A stretch of DNA of 64,000 nucleotides from Patescibacteria group bacterium (GTDB lineage Bacteria; Patescibacteriota; Patescibacteriia; JACRDY01). The translations under genes were made by a program, and so were the position numbers. Positions 22,400-31,761 of this stretch are shown here, in pieces. The stretch's first letter is position 1. Every line of letters begins with the position of its first letter. The notes below the pieces were generated by a model that saw only the letters and a program-made list of their open reading frames with translations, had not been told where the DNA came from and did not search any database. The stretch lies in assembly GCA_041671565.1 (NCBI GenBank), contig JBAZBH010000001.1, positions 71,552-135,551 on the forward strand, read 5' to 3'.

Positions 22400-22458
22400 C
22401 TTACTTAAAAACCCCGCCACAGCGAGGTCTCCACCTAACAACTTAACGACCTATCAAC

Positions 22459-23148
22459 CTAACCAATAACCGTTCCCTTAAATTTACCGCTATTAAGATA
22501 ACCTTCAAAATTTTTCAGATCGCGGCCGGCCATAATCAAAACCGGCAAATGTTTTTTGGCGGCCAGACGGCTGGCAATCGGATCAAACGGCAAATTGGCG
22601 CCCGGCGTCCATTTCTTGCCAACCAGTTTTAAAAAATCCAACCAGCTGATTTTTTCTAGTTTCTTGGCATTCTTATCTTTTCGTGGGTCGGCGCTATAAA
22701 CGAAATCAATATTAGAAAGGTTGATCACAACGCTCGCGCCATGACCAATGGCCAGCTTGACCGCGTCAAAATCCGTGGAAAATCCCGGGCGCCAACCGGC
22801 GCCAATGAGAATTGGCCGATTAAACCTTTCGACCTTAAACGGCTTAGTATTAATTTTCGGCTGAGCGTATTGCCGGAAAATTGTCCGGAGTAAATGCCCA
22901 TTCAACCGCGTGGCATAGATGCCGATCCAATCAATATCCTCTGGCACCAGTTGGCCCACCTTTTTAGCCGCGCCCTGATAGATCCGCGCCGTCTTACCGC
23001 CGCCGACCACAATAATAAACCGCGTGCCCTTTTTCACCTGGCGGATGATAATCGCTTTAAACTTTTTGAGAAACAAATAATCAATTATCCCCTCCTCTGG
23101 CGCCACCACCGAACCGCCGAGCGAGATTACCACGGTTTTCTTATTCAT
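22459..23148 (-). CDS. pyrH: UMP kinase (archaeal-type)
   Basis: VISLGGS, VVGGGKTAR, PGFSTDFDA, PFDPIA. Confidence 0.9.
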   Translation of the reverse strand: MNKKTVVISLGGSVVAPEEGIIDYLFLKKFKAIIIRQVKKGTRFIIVVGGGKTARIYQGAAKKVGQLVPEDIDWIGIYATRLNGHLLRTIFRQYAQPKINTKPFKVERFNRPILIGAGWRPGFSTDFDAVKLAIGHGASVVINLSNIDFVYSADPRKDKNAKKLEKISWLDFLKLVGKKWTPGANLPFDPIASRLAAKKHLPVLIMAGRDLKNFEGYLNSGKFKGTVIG

Positions 23149-23151
23149 AAA

Positions 23152-23670
23152 TTAGGCTTTAAATATAAACTTTTCATTAGGCTTGCCTTCGGTTCGCCAG
23201 TCGCGGTTTTGATTCAGTTTCATTTTTGCCGCCACGGCCGCGTTTAAATCAATTTTAAATTTTTCTGACATGGCAATCAAATAAGCGGCGGCTAAAACTA
23301 GCTTCTCTTTAAACTCCGCCAACCGGCCGCGCCGATAGTCTTCCCATGTTTGAGAGATCAATAAATGCAGCCGTAAAATTTGTTCATTCGCGCCAGCCGT
23401 TATAAACTCCGACGGCGTTTCAGGCAAAATCAAAAAATCAACCTCGTAGATACCACCTAAATGCAAAATCCTGATTAAAACATCGGCCAGTTCCTCGGCC
23501 ACGCCATCTTTGCCGTCAACTTGATTTTTCAGACTTGCCTCAAACACTTCGGAAATCTCGGAGTGAATCAAGACCGCCTTTTCGGCCACCAAAATTTCTT
23601 CTGGTCGCACACCAAAATTTTGCGCCGCCGCCAGAGCCATTACTTCTTGTTTTATCTGTTCTAAATTCAT
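23152..23670 (-). CDS. MazG-like NTP pyrophosphohydrolase
   Basis: LIHSEISEVFEA..EELADVLIR, with a second degenerate copy of the helical unit. Confidence 0.7.
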   Translation of the reverse strand: MNLEQIKQEVMALAAAQNFGVRPEEILVAEKAVLIHSEISEVFEASLKNQVDGKDGVAEELADVLIRILHLGGIYEVDFLILPETPSEFITAGANEQILRLHLLISQTWEDYRRGRLAEFKEKLVLAAAYLIAMSEKFKIDLNAAVAAKMKLNQNRDWRTEGKPNEKFIFKA

Positions 23671-23743
23671 ATTTTTTTAGCAACAACCGCGAACTTTTTA
23701 CTTTTGACTTGTGCTTTTGAATTTTGACTTTTGCCTTTTGACT

Positions 23744-24766
23744 TTATTTCAAGTACTTCGCTTTCGCCCGATTATGTTCTTCCAATGTCTGACTATAAAT
23801 CACTTCGCCCTCCGGTGTGGTCAGAAAATACCAATAATCATTCGCTGTCGGCTCGGTCGCGGCGATGATGGCGTCCAGGCCGGGATTATTGATCGGCCCA
23901 GGCGGTAGTCCGCGGTATTTATAAGTATTATAAGGCGAATCAATTTTTTTATCTTTAGCGGAAATCGACGGCGTTTTTTTGCCGGTGAGGTAATTAACGG
24001 TTGAGTCGGCCTGCAAAGCCATGCCGATTTTCAGCCGGCGCCAAAAAATATCGGCAACTATTCGCCGGTCAGCAGTATCATTGACTTCTCGCTCCAAAAT
24101 ACTTGCCATGGTCAAAACTTCGTGGAGCGTGTGGCCGCTCGCTTTTATTTTCGCCCACAAATCCGGGGTGACTTTATTGCCAAAATTAGCGAGCATTTTA
24201 TTTATCACCGCTTCCGGGTCGCTGTTATTATAAAAATTATAAGTGTCCGGGAAAAGGTAGCCCTCCAGATCAACTCCAGCTGGCAAAACATCCAAAAAAT
24301 CAAACTGATATTTTTTTGTCAGCGCCGTTTGCCAGTCTTTCAGGTAACCGGCCCGCGAGCCGCTAGCGCCATCATAACTAAATAAATTATCCACTAAATA
24401 TTCGCCGAACTGCTGGTTAGTTAAACCTTCCACTAAAGTTAACCTTTTTTCGTTACTACTCCAGCCGTAAGTGATAATATTGGCCAGCTCGCGCAAACTT
24501 AAACTTGGCCGTAACTGGTAATCACCGGCCTGAATCTTGCCGCTACGGCGGAGGAGGAAGAGATAAACTTTAAAATTAAACTGGCTGTTGATCAAACCCA
24601 CAGCTGACAGATTGGCACTGATTTCACCGACGCCCTCACCCGGCTTAATCACAAAAGACTGGTCAACTTCGCCCGCCCCGCGATCCTGCCAAAAAACATC
24701 GCCGAGGAAGTAGGCGGACCAGAGGACGGCTAAAATCACGATGACAGTTAGTATTTTATTTTTCAT
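23744..24766 (-). CDS. mltG: Endolytic transglycosylase MltG
   Basis: LEGYLFPDTY, ASILERE, LQADST, SPYNTYKYRGLPPGPINNPG. Confidence 0.95.
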   Translation of the reverse strand: MKNKILTVIVILAVLWSAYFLGDVFWQDRGAGEVDQSFVIKPGEGVGEISANLSAVGLINSQFNFKVYLFLLRRSGKIQAGDYQLRPSLSLRELANIITYGWSSNEKRLTLVEGLTNQQFGEYLVDNLFSYDGASGSRAGYLKDWQTALTKKYQFDFLDVLPAGVDLEGYLFPDTYNFYNNSDPEAVINKMLANFGNKVTPDLWAKIKASGHTLHEVLTMASILEREVNDTADRRIVADIFWRRLKIGMALQADSTVNYLTGKKTPSISAKDKKIDSPYNTYKYRGLPPGPINNPGLDAIIAATEPTANDYWYFLTTPEGEVIYSQTLEEHNRAKAKYLK

Positions 24767-24852
24767 GATGACGAAGAATAGCGAATAGTGAATAGTGAAT
24801 GGTGAAGCCGCATTTCCCGCTATTCACTATTCACTATTCTTTGTTTATTAAA

Positions 24853-25932
24853 TCAAATAAACTTTTTCTTGTCCCCGGCCTCCAACTCCGCCACAATCTT
24901 CTTCACTTCCTGCGAACGGCTCTGCGGACAAATCAGCAACGCGTCCGGCGTGTCAACGATCGCCAAATCCTCTACCCCGATGGTCGCGATCATCTTGCCA
25001 GCCGGGCCGTAGATTAAGCAATTTTTGGTGTCCAACCCCAGCCATTCGGCTTTGATCAAATTGCCGTTCGCGTCAGCCTGGCCTTTAAGTTTATCAAACA
25101 AAACATCCCAGGCGCCAATGTCGCTCCAACCAAAGTCGCCTTTGATAATCAAAACATTTTTTGGGTCCATTTTCTCGGTCACGGCGTAGTCAATGGAAAT
25201 CTTTTCTAACCGAGAATATTCTTCGGCTAATAACTTTTGGTCGTCGCTCGCTCGCGCCACTTTAACTTTCATTAAACCGGTATAAACGGCCGGCGCGTAC
25301 GCCTCATAAGCCGCTAAAAATTTAGCCGGCGTCCACATATAATAACTGGCATGCCAGAGATAGTCGCCCTCGGCGAGATATTCTTGCGCCTTTTCCAGAT
25401 TCGGCTTCTCCACATGGCCTTTGAAATTATAGACTTCCACACCGTCTTCATCGAGGTATTTCTCGCCGATCCGCGTATAACCCAGAACCGTGCTGGGGTA
25501 ATTGGCCGTCACGGCAATATCCAGGAGCCGGCCTTCGGCTTTAATTAGCCGCTCACCCACTTTTAAACAATTTAAAAACTTTTTGACATCGCCGATATAA
25601 TGATCCGACGGAATAAACGCCATTGGCTCGTCCGGAAATTTCTCGGCGAGAACCAAAGCCACAAAACCCATGGCCGGACCGGTGTCGCGCTTTGCCGGCT
25701 CAATAATAATATTCTCTGCCGGAAAATTTTTAACCTTCTCTTGAAACAGCGGCAAAAGCTCCGCGGTCAGCGAAACAAAAATATCGCCGGCTGGATAATC
25801 AAAAAAGCGGTCAATGGTTTCCTGCAGTAAAATCCGGTCGCCGATAATCGGCGTGAACTGCTTGGGCAGATTTTTCCGGCTCAGTGGCCACAGCCTAGTG
25901 CCGCCGCCGCCGGCGAGGATGATAATTTTCAT
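24853..25932 (-). CDS. Mannose-1-phosphate guanylyltransferase
   Basis: ILAGGGGTRLWPLSR..PKQF, EPAKRDT, PSDH, SIDYAV, WSDIGAW. Confidence 0.92.
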   Translation of the reverse strand: MKIIILAGGGGTRLWPLSRKNLPKQFTPIIGDRILLQETIDRFFDYPAGDIFVSLTAELLPLFQEKVKNFPAENIIIEPAKRDTGPAMGFVALVLAEKFPDEPMAFIPSDHYIGDVKKFLNCLKVGERLIKAEGRLLDIAVTANYPSTVLGYTRIGEKYLDEDGVEVYNFKGHVEKPNLEKAQEYLAEGDYLWHASYYMWTPAKFLAAYEAYAPAVYTGLMKVKVARASDDQKLLAEEYSRLEKISIDYAVTEKMDPKNVLIIKGDFGWSDIGAWDVLFDKLKGQADANGNLIKAEWLGLDTKNCLIYGPAGKMIATIGVEDLAIVDTPDALLICPQSRSQEVKKIVAELEAGDKKKFI

Positions 25933-26097
25933 GGGGGTAGGATGATAAGTTGATAAGTCGTTAGGTAGTTAGGTAGTTAGGTTATTAGGTTGTTATGGTC
26001 CCACTTCGATTAAACCTAACGACTTAACAACCTAACCACTTAATAACTAGTTTAGTTTACTATAAAACCAAGGAAATGCCAAGAAAAAATTAAAACC

Positions 26098-27156
26098 TTA
26101 ATTATCGACCAGTGATTCCGATGGATTTTGGCGGCCTTGAGTTATCTTCCAAACTTTTCGTTCAATTTTGCGTCCCCGACAATGTTTTAAAACTCCTAGA
26201 TATGATTGCAACGACTGATTAAACGACGCTTCGGTGATTAGGGTTTGTTCTAACATTTGCTTCTTCAAACGAATTTTCTTCAGCATCCGCTTTTTGGTTT
26301 TAGTCCGCAGAACAATATAACGCGGCAAGCTGACATAACCGAGAAAATCCACGCCTTGGCTGAATTTCTGGATAAAAACCTTGCCGGGGTGAAGTTCTAG
26401 CAATAGTTCCTGCTGTAAAAATTGCCTAATTTTTGTTAAGACGGATTTTAAATAATCTGAATTTTCATGAATGATAACAAAATCATCGGCGTAGCGAATA
26501 TAATGTTTGATTTTAAGCTGATGTTTTATGAACTGGTCAAAGACATTCATATAAATATTAACGAAAAGTTGGGAAGTGAGGTTGCCAAGCGGCAAGCCTT
26601 TACCGGGCGCGGTGGAAAAACTTTTAATAACTTTATCCAAAAGCCACCGAATATCCGCATTAGGTATATATTGGCTTGAAATTTTCAAGAGTATCTGATG
26701 GTTAATGCTGGCAAAAAACTTTCTGATATCGCCTTGTAAAACCCAAAAACCCCGAGTATTATTGCGGCTGACTTTATTAGCCATTCTTCTAAAATTACTA
26801 ACGGCTTTATGGGTGCCTTTATCCAGTCGGCAAGAATAGGAATTAGTAATAAAAGTTCTGTCAAAAAACGGATAAAGCTGGCGGTAAATGGCGTGATGCA
26901 ATAAGCGGTCGCGAACCGAGGCCTTATGGATATCGCGCGGTTTCGGGTCAAAGACTTTAAAATGTTCGTAACCGCCGTGTTGATAAGTTTGGTTTTTCAA
27001 ATCGTGGTGAAGTGCTAAGATGTTATTCATCAGCCGAGCGGAAAACTCCTGTACATCGCGCCGATCCCGTTTGCCTCTTAAAAACTCCGGCCAGGCTAAA
27101 AGCAGGTTTTCTAAAGAAATAATTTCTTCAAAACTATGACCGAATTGGATTTTCAT
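26098..27156 (-). CDS. DGR reverse transcriptase
   Basis: DIRKFFASI, GLPLGNLTSQ (DGR-type SQ), YIRYADDF, GVDFLGY; about 352 aa, no maturase/endonuclease tail; adjacent TR/VR; start could be 27168. Confidence 0.95.
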   Translation of the reverse strand: MKIQFGHSFEEIISLENLLLAWPEFLRGKRDRRDVQEFSARLMNNILALHHDLKNQTYQHGGYEHFKVFDPKPRDIHKASVRDRLLHHAIYRQLYPFFDRTFITNSYSCRLDKGTHKAVSNFRRMANKVSRNNTRGFWVLQGDIRKFFASINHQILLKISSQYIPNADIRWLLDKVIKSFSTAPGKGLPLGNLTSQLFVNIYMNVFDQFIKHQLKIKHYIRYADDFVIIHENSDYLKSVLTKIRQFLQQELLLELHPGKVFIQKFSQGVDFLGYVSLPRYIVLRTKTKKRMLKKIRLKKQMLEQTLITEASFNQSLQSYLGVLKHCRGRKIERKVWKITQGRQNPSESLVDN

Positions 27157-27552
27157 ACTACTAATCATACCCCCCCCCAACGGTTTTTGCCAGTCGTAGA
27201 AAAGGCCAAAACTGTTTATAAAAACTGGACAATAATTCATCGCGCTCTTCCCCGAGTTGAACGATTTGGCCTAGGGACAAAAATTGATTTTGTATTTCTT
27301 GAGCTTCTGGAATTATTAAGAAAATCGTCTTACACGCCAATTATCCAAAAAATAAATCTGCTGAGCGACGCTTTGGACAAAACTGATTCTCTGCGTTTTT
27401 TTATTCAGCTTCTTTGGGAATTAAAGCTGATTCCCAACCATCAATTCTCCAGCCTCGGCAGTGAAATAGAAAATATCGGCCGGATGATAAATGGCTGGAA
27501 AAAAGGACTAGTAATAAAAACTTCCGCCACTCAAGCGGAAGAAAGAAAATAG
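27136..27552 (+). CDS. avd: DGR accessory variability determinant (bAvd-like four-helix bundle)
   Basis: LPRVERFGLGTKID..DSLRFFIQL..ENIGRMINGWKK; 138 aa; lies between TR and RT. Confidence 0.88.
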   Translation: MTELDFHTTNHTPPQRFLPVVEKAKTVYKNWTIIHRALPRVERFGLGTKIDFVFLELLELLRKSSYTPIIQKINLLSDALDKTDSLRFFIQLLWELKLIPNHQFSSLGSEIENIGRMINGWKKGLVIKTSATQAEERK

Positions 27553-27554
27553 TC

Positions 27555-27658
27555 GCGGGAAATGAGGCGGTTGCCGGCGTTCCACTCATTCGGGTTCTCG
27601 ACCGAATTGGCGTTGACATTCCAACTGTCGTCGTTCCAGTTCGCGTTCACGGCCCACA
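27555..27658 (-). repeat. DGR template repeat (TR)
   Basis: 104-bp gapless match to 28014-28117; 14 mismatches, all at TR adenines; AAC/AAT-rich frame (WAVNANWNDDSWNVNANSVENPNEWNAGNRLISR). Confidence 0.96.
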
Positions 27659-27894
27659 TTAACGCGCCTTATGCCATCTCTGCCACCGCCCCTTGTCCGC
27701 CAACTGGCGGACTTGGGGTTGTATTTTATTTGGGGCATAAAAAGCCCGCCAGTATAAGGCGCCGATTCTTTTCTTTTTTAATAAAATGCATGGCAACTCT
27801 TGTTTAAGGCAATACCCGAAACAATTCTCTGGCCAGACATTTTAAGACGCTCCGCGAAAGCCGTAGCCGCCGCGCCAAAGCAATCCTGATTTGT

Positions 27895-27903
27895 ATTATA
27901 ACA
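27895..27903 (-). promoter_or_regulatory. Extended -10 promoter, candidate for the TR-RNA/RT transcript
   Basis: TGtTATAAT on the minus strand about 240 nt upstream of TR. Confidence 0.5.
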
Positions 27904-27906
27904 GAA

Positions 27907-27955
27907 ATAAAAAGACCCTTCTACTCCTTCGCCGTTGCGAAGTTTCAAAGGGTCT
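27907..27955 (-). terminator. Terminator-like hairpin after the DGR target gene
   Basis: agaccctt...aagggtct stem with inner cttcgc-aacg-gcgaag, followed by ttttattt on minus. Confidence 0.55.
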
Positions 27956-28010
27956 GAGATTCTCAGAGTCTAATCCGCCTGCTGGCGGCAAAAGATCTAA
28001 GGATCAAGAA

Positions 28011-28613
28011 TCAGCGGGAAACGAGGCGGGAGCCGGCGTCCCACCCAATCGGGTGCCCGACCGAAAAGGCGTTGACACTCCAACTGCCGTCGTACCAGCT
28101 CGCGTTCACGGCCCACAATGTTCCGTCGGTGGCACGAATGTAAAAGATATTCGCGTAACCATCTGCCCGGAGTGTGCCCTCCTCGCCCTTGGATTGTTTT
28201 TTAATCAGTTCCCAAAGGTGAAATAGGCTGGTTTCGTGCCGGTCGCCGAGCTCGGCGATAATCGACGCGTCCAGTGAGTTTTTGATAAACTCGTAAACGG
28301 TGAGGGTTGCCCCCGCGACCACGGTTTCAGTCTTCCCCAAGAAGTTCTGCTTGAAATTGTCGCTGAGCCAAAGCTTTACGCCCGTCTCATTGTCGGCCTT
28401 GAAGTGGTCGGCCGCGACGAACTTCTCCGCGCCGGCCACCGCGATGGTGGTGATAAATTTGAGAAGTTTCGACCATGGGTTCTCCCGACGGAGAAACCGC
28501 TTGAAAGCCTCCAACCACTGCAAGCCGTCCTTACCCGCCAACTTATCAAAAAAATCCTTGAGCGGTCCGACCACTTGGGCCAGAGCGTCGCCGAGCATGT
28601 CTTGTGTCGACAT
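28011..28613 (-). CDS. DGR target (variable) protein with C-terminal VR
   Basis: Last ~34 codons are the VR; AAGGAGG SD; own promoter. Confidence 0.92.
   Translation of the reverse strand: MSTQDMLGDALAQVVGPLKDFFDKLAGKDGLQWLEAFKRFLRRENPWSKLLKFITTIAVAGAEKFVAADHFKADNETGVKLWLSDNFKQNFLGKTETVVAGATLTVYEFIKNSLDASIIAELGDRHETSLFHLWELIKKQSKGEEGTLRADGYANIFYIRATDGTLWAVNASWYDGSWSVNAFSVGHPIGWDAGSRLVSR
28014..28117 (-). repeat. DGR variable repeat (VR)
   Basis: Adenine-specific differences from TR; ends at the target stop codon. Confidence 0.96.
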
Positions 28614-28732
28614 GGTCAGCCTCCTTTCTTGAAGCGCCGCCTCGGAATTGAGGCGAGCATTCTAGAAATCAGCCGCGGCTGACAGCCAAAACGCTCGTCT
28701 CAAAGTAATTTTTGTTAATGTACTAACTGGTT

Positions 28733-28761
28733 ATCATAGCGTAAAACTATATTTCTGTCAA
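28733..28761 (-). promoter_or_regulatory. Sigma-70 promoter of the DGR target gene
   Basis: TTGACA-17-TATGAT. Confidence 0.7.
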
Positions 28762-28907
28762 TGATTTTAGATATTTTTACTCTAATTTTAAACATTTTAT
28801 GGATATTTTAACAAACAAAAAAACAGACCGTGCCTACTTTCCCGCTATTCCCTATTCCCTATTATCTATTCGCCTGCCTGCGCAGGCAGGCTATTCGCTT
28901 TTAATTT

Positions 28908-29228
28908 TTACAACTTCGAAATAATATAAATCAACTTAAGATTCAACTTATTGCGGTTATAGACATTGCAAACTTTGCCTTTCGGGATATAAATCATTTC
29001 ATCTTTTTTCAGCTTGTAAACTTCGTTGTCCACGACCGCCCAGGCAATCCCCTGCAAAACACCGAGGACTTCGCGCTGGCCCGTGGTTTTATGAACGCCC
29101 AGATTTTCTTTCGGCTTTAAAAAAAGATAGCTGGCGCGGAGGTTTCTCGCCGGGAAAAATTCCATGATCTGCTCCAGGCGGCTAAACGATTTGATCGCCA
29201 CCTGGTCGCTTTTAGCGATTTTAGGCAT
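28908..29228 (-). CDS. Cupin domain protein
   Basis: LKPKENLGVH..REVLGVLQG..LKKDEMIYIPKG. Confidence 0.7.
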   Translation of the reverse strand: MPKIAKSDQVAIKSFSRLEQIMEFFPARNLRASYLFLKPKENLGVHKTTGQREVLGVLQGIAWAVVDNEVYKLKKDEMIYIPKGKVCNVYNRNKLNLKLIYIISKL

Positions 29229-30036
29229 AATAAACAAGCAATAAAACTAAAACGCCCAGAATTATCCGATACCAGCCGAAAATTGCTAAGGAATGATTTT
29301 CCAAATATTTCAAAAAGTATTTCAAGCAAAAGTAGCCGACTAATGCCGCGCTGACTAAACCCACGGCAAATAATAAAGCTTCGCCGCTTGGCAGGCCGAC
29401 TTTTGATAAATCATAAAACTTTTTCAACCCGGCGCCGAAAACCGCCGGAATGGACAAGAGAAAAGAAAACCGCGCCGCGTCGGCTCTTTTCAGATTCTGC
29501 CCCAAACCTGTTATAATAGTAATACCGCTCCGAGAAACACCGGGGATTAGAGCCAGCGCTTGCGCGAGGCCAACAGCAATAGCGCCGCCCCACGAGATAT
29601 TTTCCAGGCTACGATTTTTCAAACTGACTTTCTCTAAAACAAAAAATAAACCGCCGACCGCTATCAGCCAAATTGCCACGCTTTGTGGCGAGCCAAAATA
29701 CTGCGCTAGCAAATCCTCGGCGAGAAAACCGACAATTACAGCCGGAATAGTCGCGACCAAAATCATCCAGGCTAATTTCGCCTCAAAATTACTTTTCCGG
29801 CTGTTGCCGCGAAAACTGCCAAACCAAGCTTTCAATAATTTAACTATATCCGACCAGAAAAATATCAAAAGAGCCGCCAGTGTTCCCCAGTGCAGAGCCA
29901 CATCAAAACTGAGCGAATCGCCCAACTGCAAATCAAAAAAATGGTGCAAAATCACCAAGTGGCCGGAGCTGGAAACCGGCAGGAACTCGGCTAGGCCCTG
30001 AATGGCGCCGAAGAGGAGGGAGTAGATGGTTAGCAT
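29221..30036 (-). CDS. uppP: Undecaprenyl-diphosphatase
   Basis: QGLAEFLPVSSSGH, ALIPGVSRSG, ARFSFLLSIP. Confidence 0.96.
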   Translation of the reverse strand: MLTIYSLLFGAIQGLAEFLPVSSSGHLVILHHFFDLQLGDSLSFDVALHWGTLAALLIFFWSDIVKLLKAWFGSFRGNSRKSNFEAKLAWMILVATIPAVIVGFLAEDLLAQYFGSPQSVAIWLIAVGGLFFVLEKVSLKNRSLENISWGGAIAVGLAQALALIPGVSRSGITIITGLGQNLKRADAARFSFLLSIPAVFGAGLKKFYDLSKVGLPSGEALLFAVGLVSAALVGYFCLKYFLKYLENHSLAIFGWYRIILGVLVLLLVYYA

Positions 30037-30042
30037 AGAAAA

Positions 30043-30257
30043 GATTTAGGATTTAAGAATGGTGGTGATTGATGTTAAGACTAATAATCAAGATATCACA
30101 TAACATGGAACACATAACAAGAGACCTATAACCACCCTTGCTTGCCCCGCGCATGCTGGGGTTCCATGTTATGTGTTATGTGATTTTAACCAAGTTATAT
30201 CGCTAAGATGCTAATTTACCGACCATTCTTAAATCCTAAATCTTAAATCTTAAATCT
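30043..30257. repeat. Nested GATTTAA/CATAACA element (inverted copy about 55858-56021)
   Basis: About 130 nt shared in reverse complement, apart from a 21-nt insert. Confidence 0.9.
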
Positions 30258-30262
30258 CCTTT

Positions 30263-30691
30263 ATGACTTATTGGATTTTTCTCTTACCAATCATCGCCGC
30301 TGTCTTGGCACAAGCGATCAAAGTCGTCATCGAACTTTTTCACGGCAATTTCTCCTGGCATGTCTTGAAAAAATACGGCGGCTGGCCTTCATCGCACAGC
30401 GCGCTGGTTTTTGGCCTGCTGGGTGAAATGGCTTATGCCGAAAGCTTTTATTCAGCGGCTTTCGCGGTCGCCCTGGTTTTAACTATTTTAATCGTCCGCG
30501 ACGCCACCGGCTACCGCCGCGACTTGGACCGCCACGCCACGATTATCAACCAAATCGCCGAATCTCTGCCCGCCACTAAACAAATTAAATTGCCTCATTT
30601 AGACAACACTCTTGCCCACACGCCCGGCCAAATTGTCGCTGGCGCCGCCGTTGGTCTATTAACCGTCATTATTGGCAATCTTCTTATCTGA
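30263..30691 (+). CDS. Divergent PAP2 (DUF212) family protein
   Basis: AQAIK, YGGWPSSHSA, RDATGYR, AHTPGQ. Confidence 0.85.
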   Translation: MTYWIFLLPIIAAVLAQAIKVVIELFHGNFSWHVLKKYGGWPSSHSALVFGLLGEMAYAESFYSAAFAVALVLTILIVRDATGYRRDLDRHATIINQIAESLPATKQIKLPHLDNTLAHTPGQIVAGAAVGLLTVIIGNLLI

Positions 30692-30916
30692 CAAGAAACA
30701 ATAAAAAATCTAGTTCCAAATTCTAAATCCAAAATTATAAATAACAAACAAATTATAAATTCAGAAATCTTAAGCAATAAACGGCTACAGCGGGGTTTAA
30801 AATTTATTAATTTAATGCTTATGATTTATTTGTTATTTATAATTTTGAATTTATGATTTCTTTGAATTAAGAATTAGGGTATTAATTGGCAATTCTTAAT
30901 TATTAATTCTTAATTT

Positions 30917-31761
30917 TTAATTCCCCTTTTGGCATCGCGGACAATAATGCGTCCCGCGGCCGTTTAATTTTATCTTCTCAATTTTGGTCCGGCAAACTTT
31001 ACAAGGCTGGCCGCCGCGGCCATAAACTTTCAAATACGGCAGGAAGCCGCCCTTAGTGCCGTCAGTCCGGACAAAATCGTCGGCCGAAGTGCCGCCTTTT
31101 TTTATTGACAGTTTTAAAATCCGGCTAATGGCCGTGAATAACAGTTTAACCTCTTTTTCTTTTAAAGTTTTAATCTGGCGCGTGGGCAAAATCCGGGCGG
31201 CAAAACAGCTTTCATCGGCGTAGATATTACCGACGCCGGCAATCAGCTTTTGGTCTAGGAGCAACTGCTTTATCTTGCGGTTGGGGTAACGCGCCAAAAC
31301 TTTTTTAAAATTTAAAAAGGTGAATGCCGGTGTTAGCGGCTCGATGCCGTGCTGGCCGCTAATCGCGTCCAATTGTTTTTGGCTGACCAGCTTCAACCAA
31401 CCGAATTTCCGCACATCATTAAAAAATAAACGCGAGCCGCCGGTAAAATTAAAAATAATATGGCTGAAGCGATTGGGCGGCCGCCAACCGCCGTTACGCG
31501 CCCGCTCTTTTGCCGATAAACTAACTGGCCGGTAAGTTTTAAGTGAATCAAGAGATAATCGCCACCGCTTAACTCCAAAATAATCATTTTCGCCCGGCGG
31601 CTGACGGCTTTAATCTTCTGCCCGGCTAAAATCTGATTCAGTCGACTAGCCGGCAGATTAACCATTTTGGGCGCGTCAATTTTCATCGCCCGAATCACCC
31701 GGTTCCTGATTTTCCGGTCCAGCTCGCGCGCGATGGTTTCGACTTCAGGCAACTCGGGCAT
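30917..31761 (-). pseudogene. mutM: Formamidopyrimidine-DNA glycosylase, frameshifted
   Basis: MPELPEVET and HLKLTG in one frame; PNRFSHII..DVRKFG, GVGNIYADE and C-terminal zinc finger in another; switch near 31471-31477. Confidence 0.85.

Noticed and set aside
26098-27156. RT as a group II intron or retron enzyme
   Set aside because: It is short with no maturase domain and has the SQ motif; Avd and an A-specific TR/VR pair are adjacent.
27401-28226. ORFs 27401-27619, 27562-27807 and 27891-28226
   Set aside because: They are shadow frames over avd, TR and VR with no recognisable protein features.
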